The notes under the pieces are model-generated. The model had not been told where the DNA came from. It worked only from the letters and a program-made list of their open reading frames with translations, and searched no databases. The position numbers were made by a program, and so were the translations under genes. This document shows, in pieces, positions 8,318 through 17,476 of a DNA stretch of 41,604 nt. Location: NCBI GenBank assembly GCA_038041915.1, contig JBBTFH010000184.1:1-41604 (forward strand). The letters are read 5' to 3'. Positions within the stretch are counted from its first letter, which is position 1. Every line of letters starts with the position of its first letter. This stretch comes from Myxococcota bacterium (lineage in GTDB: Bacteria; Myxococcota_A; Polyangia; JBBTFH01).

Positions 8318-9073
8318 CGCATCACCGCGGCCGCCGTTCGCCGCCATGCCCTGCGTGACGGTCTGCTTCCACGACTTGAGCATCTCGCGGTAGGCGTCAA
8401 GTTCGGTGGGCTCGAGGGCGAGCCACGAGAAGCCGGCGTAGAAGACCAGGCAGAAGAGCGCGAAGTCCCAGAAATAGTTCCGCAGGAAGAGGAAGACCGC
8501 CAGCCAGCCTATGACCCACGCCCAGATCGACGCGCGCACCCACGGCTGGAACGCGCGCCCGCGGTGGTTGAGCGTCGGGAACGTCGAGACGACGGACCAC
8601 GCGACCGCGAGCACCAGCGGCAGGGAGATCCACGGGCCGCCCCAGTGAAACAGCGCGGAGCGGGTGAAGGCGACGATGGTCAGGCCGGCGGCGGGGCGCG
8701 CCAGCCCGATCCAGCAGAGCGTGATCGGCGCCTCGAAGACGAGGTTGCGGACGTGCCGGATGGTCGAGGCCACGACGAGCGCGGCGCCGAGCGCCATGCC
8801 GATCCACGGGTGCGTGTCGCGATGCGCGGCGTAGACGAGGAATGCGGGCGCGACGCCGAAGGTAAGGTGATCGGCCAGGTTGTCGAGCTCGGCGCCGAAG
8901 CGGTTGCCGCCGCCGGTGAGGCGTGCGACCAACCCGTCGGAGACGTCGAAGACGTAGGCGACGATGAACGCCCACGGCGCCACGTCGGCGCGCCCGTCGA
9001 TGCACAGCACGATCGCCGCGGCCCCGGAGAGCAGGTTGCCGAGCGTCAGGATGTCCTTGAGCCTCAGCGGCAC
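8297..9073 (-). CDS. CDP-alcohol phosphatidyltransferase (PssA-like)
   Basis: LTLGNL; signature DVSDGLVAR...FGAELDNLADHLTFGVAPA; multiple TM helices. Confidence 0.88.
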   Translation of the reverse strand: MPLRLKDILTLGNLLSGAAAIVLCIDGRADVAPWAFIVAYVFDVSDGLVARLTGGGNRFGAELDNLADHLTFGVAPAFLVYAAHRDTHPWIGMALGAALVVASTIRHVRNLVFEAPITLCWIGLARPAAGLTIVAFTRSALFHWGGPWISLPLVLAVAWSVVSTFPTLNHRGRAFQPWVRASIWAWVIGWLAVFLFLRNYFWDFALFCLVFYAGFSWLALEPTELDAYREMLKSWKQTVTQGMAANGGRGDASPRQGL

Positions 9074-9209
9074 GGGCGGGAAAGATAGTCGATCGACGGC
9101 GCGCTCGCATCATTCAACAACACACACAACCACTCGCGGCGGCGGATCGTAGCAGACTCGATCGCGGGTACTCGTACTCGGTCTTTTTCCCTGGCAGAAT
9201 CGCGCGCGC

Positions 9210-11588
9210 GTGATTCGCTGGCTCCTCGATCGCCTCTTTGCACCGGTGACGTTCGCGCCCGAGAGCCTCGAACGCCTCCAGCAAGCCGCGGCGCGCGGCA
9301 CGTTGCTCTACGTCGCGCGTACGCTCTCGCTCGTCGAGTTCCTGAGCTGGCGCACGGTGCTGGCCAAAGCGGCCTTGCCGCTGCCGCTCGCCGGCAACGG
9401 GCTGACGCGCAGAGCCTGTCCCGACCTGTTCGCGCGGCTGCTGATGACCGGACGGTCCGTCTTCTTCTTCCTGCGCCGCGGCCGGCTGCGCGCGCCGAGC
9501 GGCTTCTCCGGCCCGTACGAGGACGCCTTCCTCGCTGCCGCGGCGCCCGCCGAAGGCAAGGACGCGCGCCCCATCCTCGCCGTGCCCGTCGCGCTGGTCT
9601 GGCGCGGCGAGAGGATGCGCGCCCTGGCGCGCCCGCCCTGGTGGGAGGCGCTGCTCGGCGCCGAGGAGGAGCCGGGGCCGCTGCGCCGCATCGTGCAGCT
9701 CGTGTGGCGTCGCGCCCGCGCCGAGGCGATCGTAGGCGAGCCGGTCGATCTCGCGGCCTTCGCCCGCGCGAACGCCGACCTCCGCCCGGAGGTGCGCACG
9801 CGCCGCCTGCGCTTCGAGCTGTCGGGCAACCTCGAGCGCGCCCGCCGCGCGCGCCTCGGTCCGCGGCGCAAGAGCGCGCGACGCCTGAGGCAGGAGATCG
9901 CGCGAACGCGCCGCCTCCGCACGGCCATCGACGAGGCCGCGCGCGACCTCGGCCGCGGGCGAGCGCGCCGGCGCGCCGATCGCTACTTGCGCGAGATCGC
10001 CGCCAACATCAAGCCGTGGTTCATCTGGCTCTGCCGCGTGGTCCTCATGCGCGTGTGGAAGCGCATCTACGAGGGGATCGAGGTTGACCTCGAGGGCATC
10101 GAGCGTGTGCGCGCCGCCGCGCGCCGCGGGCCGCTCGTGCTGGTGCCGAGCCACCGCAGCCACGTCGACTACCTCGTGCTGACGCACGTGCTCGTCGATC
10201 ACGATCTCGCGCCCCCGCTCATCGCCGCCGGCTCCAACCTGTCGTTCTTTCCGCTCGGCTTCCTCTTCCGGCGCGGCGGAGCGTTTTTCCTGCGCCGCAG
10301 CTTCGGCGGCAACCGGCTCTACGCGACGGTCTTCCGCGAGTATGTGCGCAAGATGATGCGCGAGGGCTATTCGATCGAGTTCTTCATCGAGGGCGGCCGC
10401 TCGCGCACCGGCAAGCTCCTCCAACCCAAGCTCGGGCTGCTCGGGATCATCGCCGACGTGGCGGCGGACGGCGACGCGCGCGGCGCGCAGGTGGTGCCCG
10501 TCTCGATCGCGTACGACAAGGTCATCGAGGAGGGTTCGTACGCCCAGGAGCTCGCGGGCGGGCGGAAGCGCAAGGAGGACCTGGGCGCGGTGCTGCGCAC
10601 GACGCGCGTACTGGCGTCGAACTACGGCCGCCTCTACGTCCACTTCGACGAGCCGTTCGATCTCGGCGAAGAGATCGCCCGCGCACGAACCGCGCCTCGC
10701 GAAGGCGATGAGGCGGGCCGCCGATCGATCGTGCGGCGCCTCGCGCACCGAGTCCTGTGGGGCATCACGCGCGCGAGCGTCGTTACGCCGACGGCGCTGG
10801 TCGCGGCGGCGCTGCTGGCGTCGGGCCGTCGCGGCGTGGCGCGGCCGGCGCTGCTTTCCAACGTGCGCTTCCTGCTCGAGAGAGCGCGCGCGGCGAGCGC
10901 GGCCGGAGCCGGCGGGCGGCTCGCGGTCGCGCTGCAGGACGAGCGCGGCGAGCTGCGCGAGGCCGCGATCGATCGCTCTGTCGAGTTGCTCGAGCGCGAC
11001 GGCGACCTCCAGATCCGCGGGACCGCGCGAGAGCCGATCTACGTCGTGCCCGACGAGCGCCGCCTACGCCTCGACTACTGCCGCAACACCGCCCTGCACG
11101 CGCTCGTCGCCGATGCGCTGGTCGCGACCGGATGGCTCGTCGCGTGCCGCGTGGCGGGAGGCGGCGTCGGCGACGGCGCCGATGCGCGCGTCGCCGCGGA
11201 GGCGCGCCGCCGCACGCTCGCGCTCAGCCGCCTGCTCAAGAACGAGTTCGTCTACGAGGTCGGCTCACCCTTCGACGCGATCTTCGACCGCACGCTCGAG
11301 CGCCTGGGCGCGAGCGGGGCGCTCGGCGACGCGTCACGCCTGTCGCTGCTGGCGGGGCTCGTGCGCGACTTCGTCGAGTCCTACTACGTCGTCGCGCGCG
11401 GGCTCTCCGGGGAGGGAGGCCGCGCGACGGTGCGCGACTTGCTGGCGCTGGGCGAGCGCCTCTACCTCGAGGGCGCCGTCAGCCGCCGCGAGGCGATCTC
11501 GCGCGCGAACTTCGAGAACGCCCTCGACGCCTTCAAGAACGGCGGCGTCACGCCCGACCCAGCCGCGATCGCGGAGTTCCTGGTGTAG
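9210..11588 (+). CDS. plsB: Glycerol-3-phosphate acyltransferase (PlsB/GPAT family)
   Basis: PSHRSHVD (HxxxxD), GAFFLRRSF, FFIEGGRSRTGKLL, VPVSIAYD. Confidence 0.88.
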   Translation: MIRWLLDRLFAPVTFAPESLERLQQAAARGTLLYVARTLSLVEFLSWRTVLAKAALPLPLAGNGLTRRACPDLFARLLMTGRSVFFFLRRGRLRAPSGFSGPYEDAFLAAAAPAEGKDARPILAVPVALVWRGERMRALARPPWWEALLGAEEEPGPLRRIVQLVWRRARAEAIVGEPVDLAAFARANADLRPEVRTRRLRFELSGNLERARRARLGPRRKSARRLRQEIARTRRLRTAIDEAARDLGRGRARRRADRYLREIAANIKPWFIWLCRVVLMRVWKRIYEGIEVDLEGIERVRAAARRGPLVLVPSHRSHVDYLVLTHVLVDHDLAPPLIAAGSNLSFFPLGFLFRRGGAFFLRRSFGGNRLYATVFREYVRKMMREGYSIEFFIEGGRSRTGKLLQPKLGLLGIIADVAADGDARGAQVVPVSIAYDKVIEEGSYAQELAGGRKRKEDLGAVLRTTRVLASNYGRLYVHFDEPFDLGEEIARARTAPREGDEAGRRSIVRRLAHRVLWGITRASVVTPTALVAAALLASGRRGVARPALLSNVRFLLERARAASAAGAGGRLAVALQDERGELREAAIDRSVELLERDGDLQIRGTAREPIYVVPDERRLRLDYCRNTALHALVADALVATGWLVACRVAGGGVGDGADARVAAEARRRTLALSRLLKNEFVYEVGSPFDAIFDRTLERLGASGALGDASRLSLLAGLVRDFVESYYVVARGLSGEGGRATVRDLLALGERLYLEGAVSRREAISRANFENALDAFKNGGVTPDPAAIAEFLV

Positions 11589-11592
11589 CGAG

Positions 11593-12888
11593 CTACTTGT
11601 CGTCCTCGAGGCTGATCTCGCCCGACAGGTCGACCGCCTCGGCTTGCAGGCGCGCGCCCGAGAGATCGGCGGTGGTCTTGCGCAGCCGCCCGGCGAGGAC
11701 CTGCACGAAGCTCCAGAGCAGCTTCACCGAGAGCGGCGTCTCCGCCTGCACGAGCTCGTAGAACTCCTTGCGCGGGATAGTGAGCAGCCGCGTCGCGTCG
11801 ACCGCCGTGACGGTCGCGGAGCGCGGAGCGCGGTCGACGAGCGCCATCTCGCCGAAGTGATCGCCGCCGGTGAGGTGCGTGAGGAACGCGCCATCCTTGT
11901 GCAGGGCGACCTTGCCCTCGAGCACGATGTAGAGTTCCTCGCCGTCGCTGCCCTCGCTGAGGATCGCCTCGTCCGGCTTGGCCTCGCGCACGGAGGCGAT
12001 GTTGAGCACCTTCACCAGCTCCTTGTAGCTGAGGTACTGGAAGATCGGCATGCCGCGCAGGCGCTCGAGGCGGAGGTTGAGTTCGCGGAAGCGCGCGTCG
12101 ACTTCGAGAGCCTCCTCGCCGCCGATGCGGACGTGCAGCGTGGTGACGTTGTCCTTGCCGCCGCGCGAGTTCGCCAGCTCGACCAGCAACTCGGGGCCCT
12201 TGCCGTCGGGGGCGGTCGCCAGGATGTCCTTGATCTCCGGCTCGCCCACGTGCAGGCCGAGGCCGTCACTGCAGAGCACGAACTGGTCGCCGCCCAGCAC
12301 GTCGAAGTCGATGGTGTCGACCTCGACGGTCTCGTAGACGCCGACGGCGCGGGTGAGCGCGCTCTTGTAGTTCGCGTAGGGCGAGGAGTCGATCTCCTCG
12401 CGCTTGAGCTTGCCGCGCCGCACCAGCTCGTTGACCAGGGAGTGATCCTCGGTGAGCTGGTGGATTTGCCCGCGGCGCAGGAGGTAGATGCGCGAGTCGC
12501 CCACGTGCGCGATGAAGCCGCGGTCGCCGCGCGCGCCGGCGATGAGCAGCATCATCGAGCAGGTCGTGCCCATGCCTCGCTTGGCCAGATCGGCCTGCGC
12601 CTCGGCGTGGATCGCGTGGCAGGCGCCCTTGACCGCTTCCTCGAGCAGCTTGAGCACGGTCCCGCGCTCGCCCTCGCCGCGGGCGTACGCCGCGATGATC
12701 TCGCGCTTCCGTTCCACGGCGCCTTGCACCTTCGCCACGGCCAGGGCGCTCGCGACCTCGCCGGCGGCGTGCCCGCCCATGCCGTCGCAGACACCGAAGA
12801 GGTGGATCTCGGGTGCGAAGAGAAAGCTGTCCTCGTTGTGATCGCGCGCGCGGCCGACGTCGGATTTGGCCCAGGCTAGGATCTCCAT
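11593..12888 (-). CDS. PP2C/PPM Ser/Thr phosphatase fused to a C-terminal cyclic-nucleotide-binding domain
   Basis: GRARDHNED, CDGMGGH, HVGDSRIY, LCSDGL, GGKDNVT; cNMP cassette GDHFGEMALVDRAPRSATV. Confidence 0.92.
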   Translation of the reverse strand: MEILAWAKSDVGRARDHNEDSFLFAPEIHLFGVCDGMGGHAAGEVASALAVAKVQGAVERKREIIAAYARGEGERGTVLKLLEEAVKGACHAIHAEAQADLAKRGMGTTCSMMLLIAGARGDRGFIAHVGDSRIYLLRRGQIHQLTEDHSLVNELVRRGKLKREEIDSSPYANYKSALTRAVGVYETVEVDTIDFDVLGGDQFVLCSDGLGLHVGEPEIKDILATAPDGKGPELLVELANSRGGKDNVTTLHVRIGGEEALEVDARFRELNLRLERLRGMPIFQYLSYKELVKVLNIASVREAKPDEAILSEGSDGEELYIVLEGKVALHKDGAFLTHLTGGDHFGEMALVDRAPRSATVTAVDATRLLTIPRKEFYELVQAETPLSVKLLWSFVQVLAGRLRKTTADLSGARLQAEAVDLSGEISLEDDK

Positions 12889-12937
12889 GGCGGAGAAGTG
12901 TCCGTCGAGACGGCGTCCGACGCAAGGAGGGGAGGGG

Positions 12938-13831
12938 TCAGCCGGCGCGAAGGAGCCGCACGATCGCCGCGATCGCCGCTATGAGCGCGGTCACGCCGAC
13001 GGCGGCGAGCGCGAGATCGGGCCAGGCGTGGCGGCGTGTACCCGCGGGCGGCGCGGCGGGCAGCGGGCGCTCGGAGGTCGTATCTCCCGCGCGCGCTCGG
13101 TCGGGCACGCCTTCGAGGTCGCGCAGGAAGGCCTCGGCCGGATCGCGGAAGCGCAGGCGCGTCGCGCCGAGCACGAGCTCGTCGCCGTCGTGCAGGCGTC
13201 GTTCTTCCTCGACGCGCCGGGCGCCGATGAGGACGCCGTTCTTGGAGCCGAGATCGGCGATCAGCACGCACGAAAGGTCGCGCCGCACCCGCGCGTGCTC
13301 GCGGCTGACGTCGGGATCGTCGACGGCGAGATCGCACGTGGCGCCGCGTCCGATCGTGTAGCCGCGCGTGCCTCGGTCGAGGCCGAGCGTGAGCCGGCGT
13401 CCGGCGTCCGGGCCGGCCGCGACCTCGAGGCTCGGTGCGGAAGCGTCGGGCCCTATGGTCGCGAGCGCTTGCTCGACCATGCGCCGCGCCAGCGACTCGG
13501 TCGTCTCGGTTCGGGTTACGGCTCCGTCCGCGCCGAGCCGCGCGACGATCAGGAAGTCGGCGATGGTGATGGCGTCGCCGTCGGCGAGCGGATGGCGCTC
13601 TCCATCCGCCAGCCGGCGACCGCCCAGCCAAGTTCCGTTGGTCGAGCCGTCGTCTTCGATGTGCCAAACCTCGCCGTCGCGCACCAGGCGCGCGTGGTCG
13701 AGTGACACGGCGGCGTCGGGGAGGCGCAGGTCGGCGCCCGCGCGGCGGCCGATCCGCACGACATCGCCGCTCGTGCGCAGGTCGTACGCGGGCGTGCCGG
13801 CGCCGGGGCCGCGAAGCGTCAGGCGGAGCAT
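12938..13831 (-). CDS. Tandem FHA-domain protein with C-terminal TM helix (alternative GTG start at 13849 overlapping the comEC stop)
   Basis: Two FHA signatures: IGR...VSLDHA...GSTNGT and IGR...VSREHA...GSKNGV; C-terminal hydrophobic helix. Confidence 0.88.
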   Translation of the reverse strand: MLRLTLRGPGAGTPAYDLRTSGDVVRIGRRAGADLRLPDAAVSLDHARLVRDGEVWHIEDDGSTNGTWLGGRRLADGERHPLADGDAITIADFLIVARLGADGAVTRTETTESLARRMVEQALATIGPDASAPSLEVAAGPDAGRRLTLGLDRGTRGYTIGRGATCDLAVDDPDVSREHARVRRDLSCVLIADLGSKNGVLIGARRVEEERRLHDGDELVLGATRLRFRDPAEAFLRDLEGVPDRARAGDTTSERPLPAAPPAGTRRHAWPDLALAAVGVTALIAAIAAIVRLLRAG

Positions 13832-13842
13832 CGGCGTGGTTT

Positions 13843-16125
13843 TTACCACCGGGCCACGCCGCCTTGCGCAACCGTCTCGACCGAGGCCGCGTTGCGACCC
13901 AGGCGCACGATCACCGCGCCGTGCTGGTCGGTTCGCAAGAGCGGCACGCCGCCACGCGCGTAGCGATCGATCACCTCGGCGTGCGGGAAGCCGAAGCGGT
14001 TGTCCGCGCCGAGCGAGGCGACGGCCAGACGCGGGCGGACGGCCACGAGCAACTCGTCGGTCGAGGATGTCCGGCTGCCGTGGTGCGGCACCTTGAGCAC
14101 GTCGGCGCGCGGGCGCTCGGCGGCGAGCAGGATCTCGCCCTCGGCCTCGAGATCGCCCGTGAGAAGGACGCTGCGCGCGCCCACGCTCACGCGCAGCACC
14201 AGCGAGTTGTCGTTGGTCGAGAGGGCCGGCGCCCACGACGGGCTGGGGTGGAGCGGCTCGACCAGCGCGTCGCCGATAGCCCAGCGGCGCGGCGGGCGCG
14301 GCTGCACGCCCTGCGCCTCGAGGGCGCCGAGCAGCGCGCGGTAGCCGGGGTGATCCGACGGCTCGCCCGAGGTCCACAGCTCACCCACCGGAAATCGTCG
14401 GGCGGCGGCGATGAGTCCGCCAAAGTGATCCGGGTGCGGGTGGGAGAGCGCCATGACGTCGATACGCGCCACGCGGCGCGCGCGCAGCAGCGGCAAGAGC
14501 GCCGCCTCGCCGACCTCGGGTCCGCCATCGAACGAGCCGCCGCCGTCAACCAGCAGCGTGCGCCCGCGCGGCAGCTCGACCAGGATCGCGTCGCCTTGGC
14601 CGACGTCGACGAAGGTCACGGTGGCGCCGCTGCGCCACGCGCGCGCGGCCGCGCCGGCGCCGACGACGAGCGCCAGCGCCGCGGCTGCGATGGCCGCGAG
14701 CCTGAGGCGCCCGCGCAGCAGCAGGGCGGCGGCGATCCACGCGAGCACGGCCTCGATCGCCGTCGGCCGGCCGACCGCGATCACCGCCGCCGGCGCGTCG
14801 GAAAAGAGGCGCGCGGCCTGAACGAGCACGTCCGACGCCGCTCCGGCGACCGCCAGCAGCGGCGCCGCGGCGCCCGGCCAGAAGGGCAGGAGCAACGTGC
14901 CGGCGAGCGACGCGGGCAAGAGGACGGCGGTCGTCCAGGGCACGCAGACGAGGTTTGCCACGCCGCCGGTGACGGGGAGCACGCCGAAGTGGATCGCGAC
15001 GAGCGGCGCGGTGGCGAGCGAGGCGGCGCCGGTCATGAGGGCCATCCGCGCGAGCCCGCGCGCCGGTCCTTTTCCCGAGATGCGCGGCGCGAGCATCAAC
15101 CCGACGCAGGCGGCGAACGAGAGCTGCAGCGACGGGTCGAAGAGCGCGACGGGATCGAGCGCGAGGATGGCGAGGGCGGCCAGCGCCAGCGCGCTCGCGC
15201 CGTCCGGCGGGCGTGCCGCGATGACGGCGCCCAGCAGCGCCGCGGCCACGATTGTCGAGCGCACGACCGGGTGGTCCGCGCCCGCCAGCAGGGAATAGGC
15301 GGCGCCCGCCGGGATCGTCGCCGTCGCCGCCAGCGCGCGGACGGAGACCGACAGCGCGAGCCGGGGCACGCGCGCGAGCAGGCGCCGCAGCGCGACGTAG
15401 GTCAGCAGGGCGAGCGCCGCCAGGTGCAGGCCGCTCACGCTGAGCAGGTGCGTGATGCCTGCGCGCCGGAACGCCTCTTCTACTGGTGGCGTGACCAGGC
15501 CGCGCTCGCCGAGGACCATCGCGCCGACGAGCGCGCGCCGGTCGCCGCTCAGGCTCTCGTCGAGATGCCTTCCGAGGCTCGCGCGCCACGCGGCCACGCG
15601 CGCCAGCAGGCTCGGCTCGCCCCGAGCGACCAGCCGCACGCCGCGTGGCGGCATCACCGCGCCGACCGCCTCGACGCCGCGTCCCCGCAGCGCCCGCTCG
15701 ACGTCGAACGCGCCTGGGTTCTTGTAGCCGCGCGGGCGGTGGAGCCGAGCCTCCGTGCTGACGACGTCGCCGGGCAGCAGAGCGCGACCTCCGCCTTCGA
15801 CACGCAGGCGCACGAGCGCGCGCACCGGCTGCCACGCGCGCACGCGCAGCGTCATCCTTCTGGCCTCGGGCACCGGCAGGCCCTCGACGCGCCCGACGAT
15901 CGTCGTGCGCTCCGCCGGAAGCGCGGGCGCCTCGCCCGACAGCGCCAGCGCCAAGCGCAGCGCGCCGGCGGCGAAGGCCAGCGCCGTCGAGACGACGAGT
16001 GGCCGCAGCCGCCTCGCGGTGGCGAGCGCCGGCAGCGCGGCGAGCGCCGCGACCGCGCCGAAACGATCGCCAGCCGCGACTCCCGTGGCGAACGCGACCG
16101 CGAGGATGGGGAGCGCGCGCATCAT
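13843..16125 (-). CDS. comEC: DNA internalization competence protein ComEC/Rec2
   Basis: DUF4131-like NPGAFD; GITHLLSVSGLH; SLQLSF; MBL domain DVGQGDA, SHPHPDHFGG, NDNSLVL, LLTGDLE, KVPHHGS, NRFGFPH. Confidence 0.95.
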   Translation of the reverse strand: MMRALPILAVAFATGVAAGDRFGAVAALAALPALATARRLRPLVVSTALAFAAGALRLALALSGEAPALPAERTTIVGRVEGLPVPEARRMTLRVRAWQPVRALVRLRVEGGGRALLPGDVVSTEARLHRPRGYKNPGAFDVERALRGRGVEAVGAVMPPRGVRLVARGEPSLLARVAAWRASLGRHLDESLSGDRRALVGAMVLGERGLVTPPVEEAFRRAGITHLLSVSGLHLAALALLTYVALRRLLARVPRLALSVSVRALAATATIPAGAAYSLLAGADHPVVRSTIVAAALLGAVIAARPPDGASALALAALAILALDPVALFDPSLQLSFAACVGLMLAPRISGKGPARGLARMALMTGAASLATAPLVAIHFGVLPVTGGVANLVCVPWTTAVLLPASLAGTLLLPFWPGAAAPLLAVAGAASDVLVQAARLFSDAPAAVIAVGRPTAIEAVLAWIAAALLLRGRLRLAAIAAAALALVVGAGAAARAWRSGATVTFVDVGQGDAILVELPRGRTLLVDGGGSFDGGPEVGEAALLPLLRARRVARIDVMALSHPHPDHFGGLIAAARRFPVGELWTSGEPSDHPGYRALLGALEAQGVQPRPPRRWAIGDALVEPLHPSPSWAPALSTNDNSLVLRVSVGARSVLLTGDLEAEGEILLAAERPRADVLKVPHHGSRTSSTDELLVAVRPRLAVASLGADNRFGFPHAEVIDRYARGGVPLLRTDQHGAVIVRLGRNAASVETVAQGGVARW

Positions 16126-16166
16126 CCACACTGATTCTCGGCGCCGCGCGCGAAATGTTGCCGGCG

Positions 16167-16190
16167 GCACGTCCCGTCGGACGGGGTGAG
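16167..16190 (-). repeat. 24-bp palindrome-containing element, copy 2
   Basis: Reverse complement identical to 7049-7072; lies in the divergent comEC/glycosyltransferase intergenic region. Confidence 0.85.
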
Positions 16191-16215
16191 GCGCCCTGCT
16201 GCTACCATCGCGCGT

Positions 16216-17466
16216 GTGACGCTTCACGGCGCGCTGCTGCTGCTCTGCGGCGTCGGCATGGCGCTCGCCCGCTCGCGCGCCGGGTTCGTCGCCTGGGAGA
16301 TCGCCGCCGCGGTGCCGTACCTGCTCGCCGTGCGCGCGGTGGTGCGGCAGCCTCGGGGTGATCGACTGCGCTGGCTCGCCGTCGCGGCGGCGCTCCACGG
16401 CGTGCTGCTCTTCGCGCGCGTGCCGCTCTCCGACGACCTCTTCCGGTACCGCTGGGATGCTCGCGTCGCGCGCGCCGGCATCGATCCTTACGCGTTCGCG
16501 CCCGACGCGCCCCAGCTCAGGCACCTGCGCGACCCGGATCACCGTCGCATCAATCATCCCGAGGTCCGCACGATCTACCCGCCGGGCGCGCAGGCGCTGT
16601 TCCGCGCGGTGACGGCGGTGTGGGACGATCCCTTCGCGTTTCGCCTCGTCGCGGCGGTCGCGAGCCTGCTCGCGTCGCTCGCGCTCGCGGGCTTCCTGCG
16701 CGCGCGCGGCGCTGACGATCGCCTCGCCATCGTCCTTTGCTGGTCGCCGCTCGCCGCCGCCGAGGCGTCGGTTGGCGCGCACATCGACGCCGCCGCGGTC
16801 GCGCTGCTCGTCGCGGGGCTCTGGGCGCTCGCGGCGCGCCGCGCCGCCGCCGCTGGCGCGCTCCTCGGTCTCTCCTTCGCGATCAAGCTCGGCGCCGGCC
16901 CAATCGCGCTGCTCGCCGCGCGCCGCCGGCCGATCGTTCTCGCCGCGTTCGCGCTCGCCGTCGCCGCGCCGCTTCTGCCGCATCTCGGCGGCCCGGTCAT
17001 GCCCGGCGCATCGGACTACGCCGATCGCTGGCGCTTCAACCCGTCGATCTTCGCCGCCGTCGAGGCCGCGGTCGATTTTGCCGCGGCGGTCTCGGCCACC
17101 CCCGCCGAAAGGCGCTTCGCCGCGCGCGTCGCCGCCGCCGCCGCCTGGCTCGCGCTGCTCGCGTGGCTGCTGGCGCGCCGTGTGGACGCCGCGGACGGCG
17201 CCCGCGCGCTGGTCGGCGCCGCGCTGCTGCTCTCGCCCACGGTTCACCCCTGGTACGCGCTTTGGCTCCTGCCGCTGCTGGCGGAGCGCCCGACGCCCGG
17301 CTGGCTCGCGCTCGCGTCGCTGCTCCCGCTCAGCTACCTGGGAGAGAGCGGGGGAATCCGCCTCGTCGAGTACGGCGTGCCGTTTGTCATTGCGGTCGCG
17401 TCCATGGCCCGGCGAGGGCGGCCGCGATTGACCGAGCGATTGACCGACCGAGGCTCGTCGCTATAA
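16216..17466 (+). CDS. GT-C fold membrane glycosyltransferase (GT87-like)
   Basis: LSDDLFRYRWD, INHPEVRTIYPP, WSPL...EASVGAHID, PTVHPWY; many TM helices. GTG 16216 follows TGCTACCAT. Confidence 0.8.
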   Translation: MTLHGALLLLCGVGMALARSRAGFVAWEIAAAVPYLLAVRAVVRQPRGDRLRWLAVAAALHGVLLFARVPLSDDLFRYRWDARVARAGIDPYAFAPDAPQLRHLRDPDHRRINHPEVRTIYPPGAQALFRAVTAVWDDPFAFRLVAAVASLLASLALAGFLRARGADDRLAIVLCWSPLAAAEASVGAHIDAAAVALLVAGLWALAARRAAAAGALLGLSFAIKLGAGPIALLAARRRPIVLAAFALAVAAPLLPHLGGPVMPGASDYADRWRFNPSIFAAVEAAVDFAAAVSATPAERRFAARVAAAAAWLALLAWLLARRVDAADGARALVGAALLLSPTVHPWYALWLLPLLAERPTPGWLALASLLPLSYLGESGGIRLVEYGVPFVIAVASMARRGRPRLTERLTDRGSSL

Positions 17467-17467
17467 T
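17440..17467 (+). promoter_or_regulatory. Sigma70-type promoter TTGACC-N16-TATAAT
   Basis: TTGACC at 17440-17445, TATAAT at 17462-17467, 9 nt before GTG 17477. Confidence 0.7.
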
Positions 17468-17476
17468 GCGCGCCTC

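Noticed and set aside
12899-12922. CCGTCGAGACGG hairpin upstream of PP2C as a third copy of the 24-bp element
   Set aside because: Only the CCGTC/GACGG core matches; spacing and flanks differ, so it is too weak at this GC content.
13843-17247. 1134-aa extended ComEC
   Set aside because: The extension is antisense to the GT-C gene; ComEC-like sequence begins at ATG 16125.
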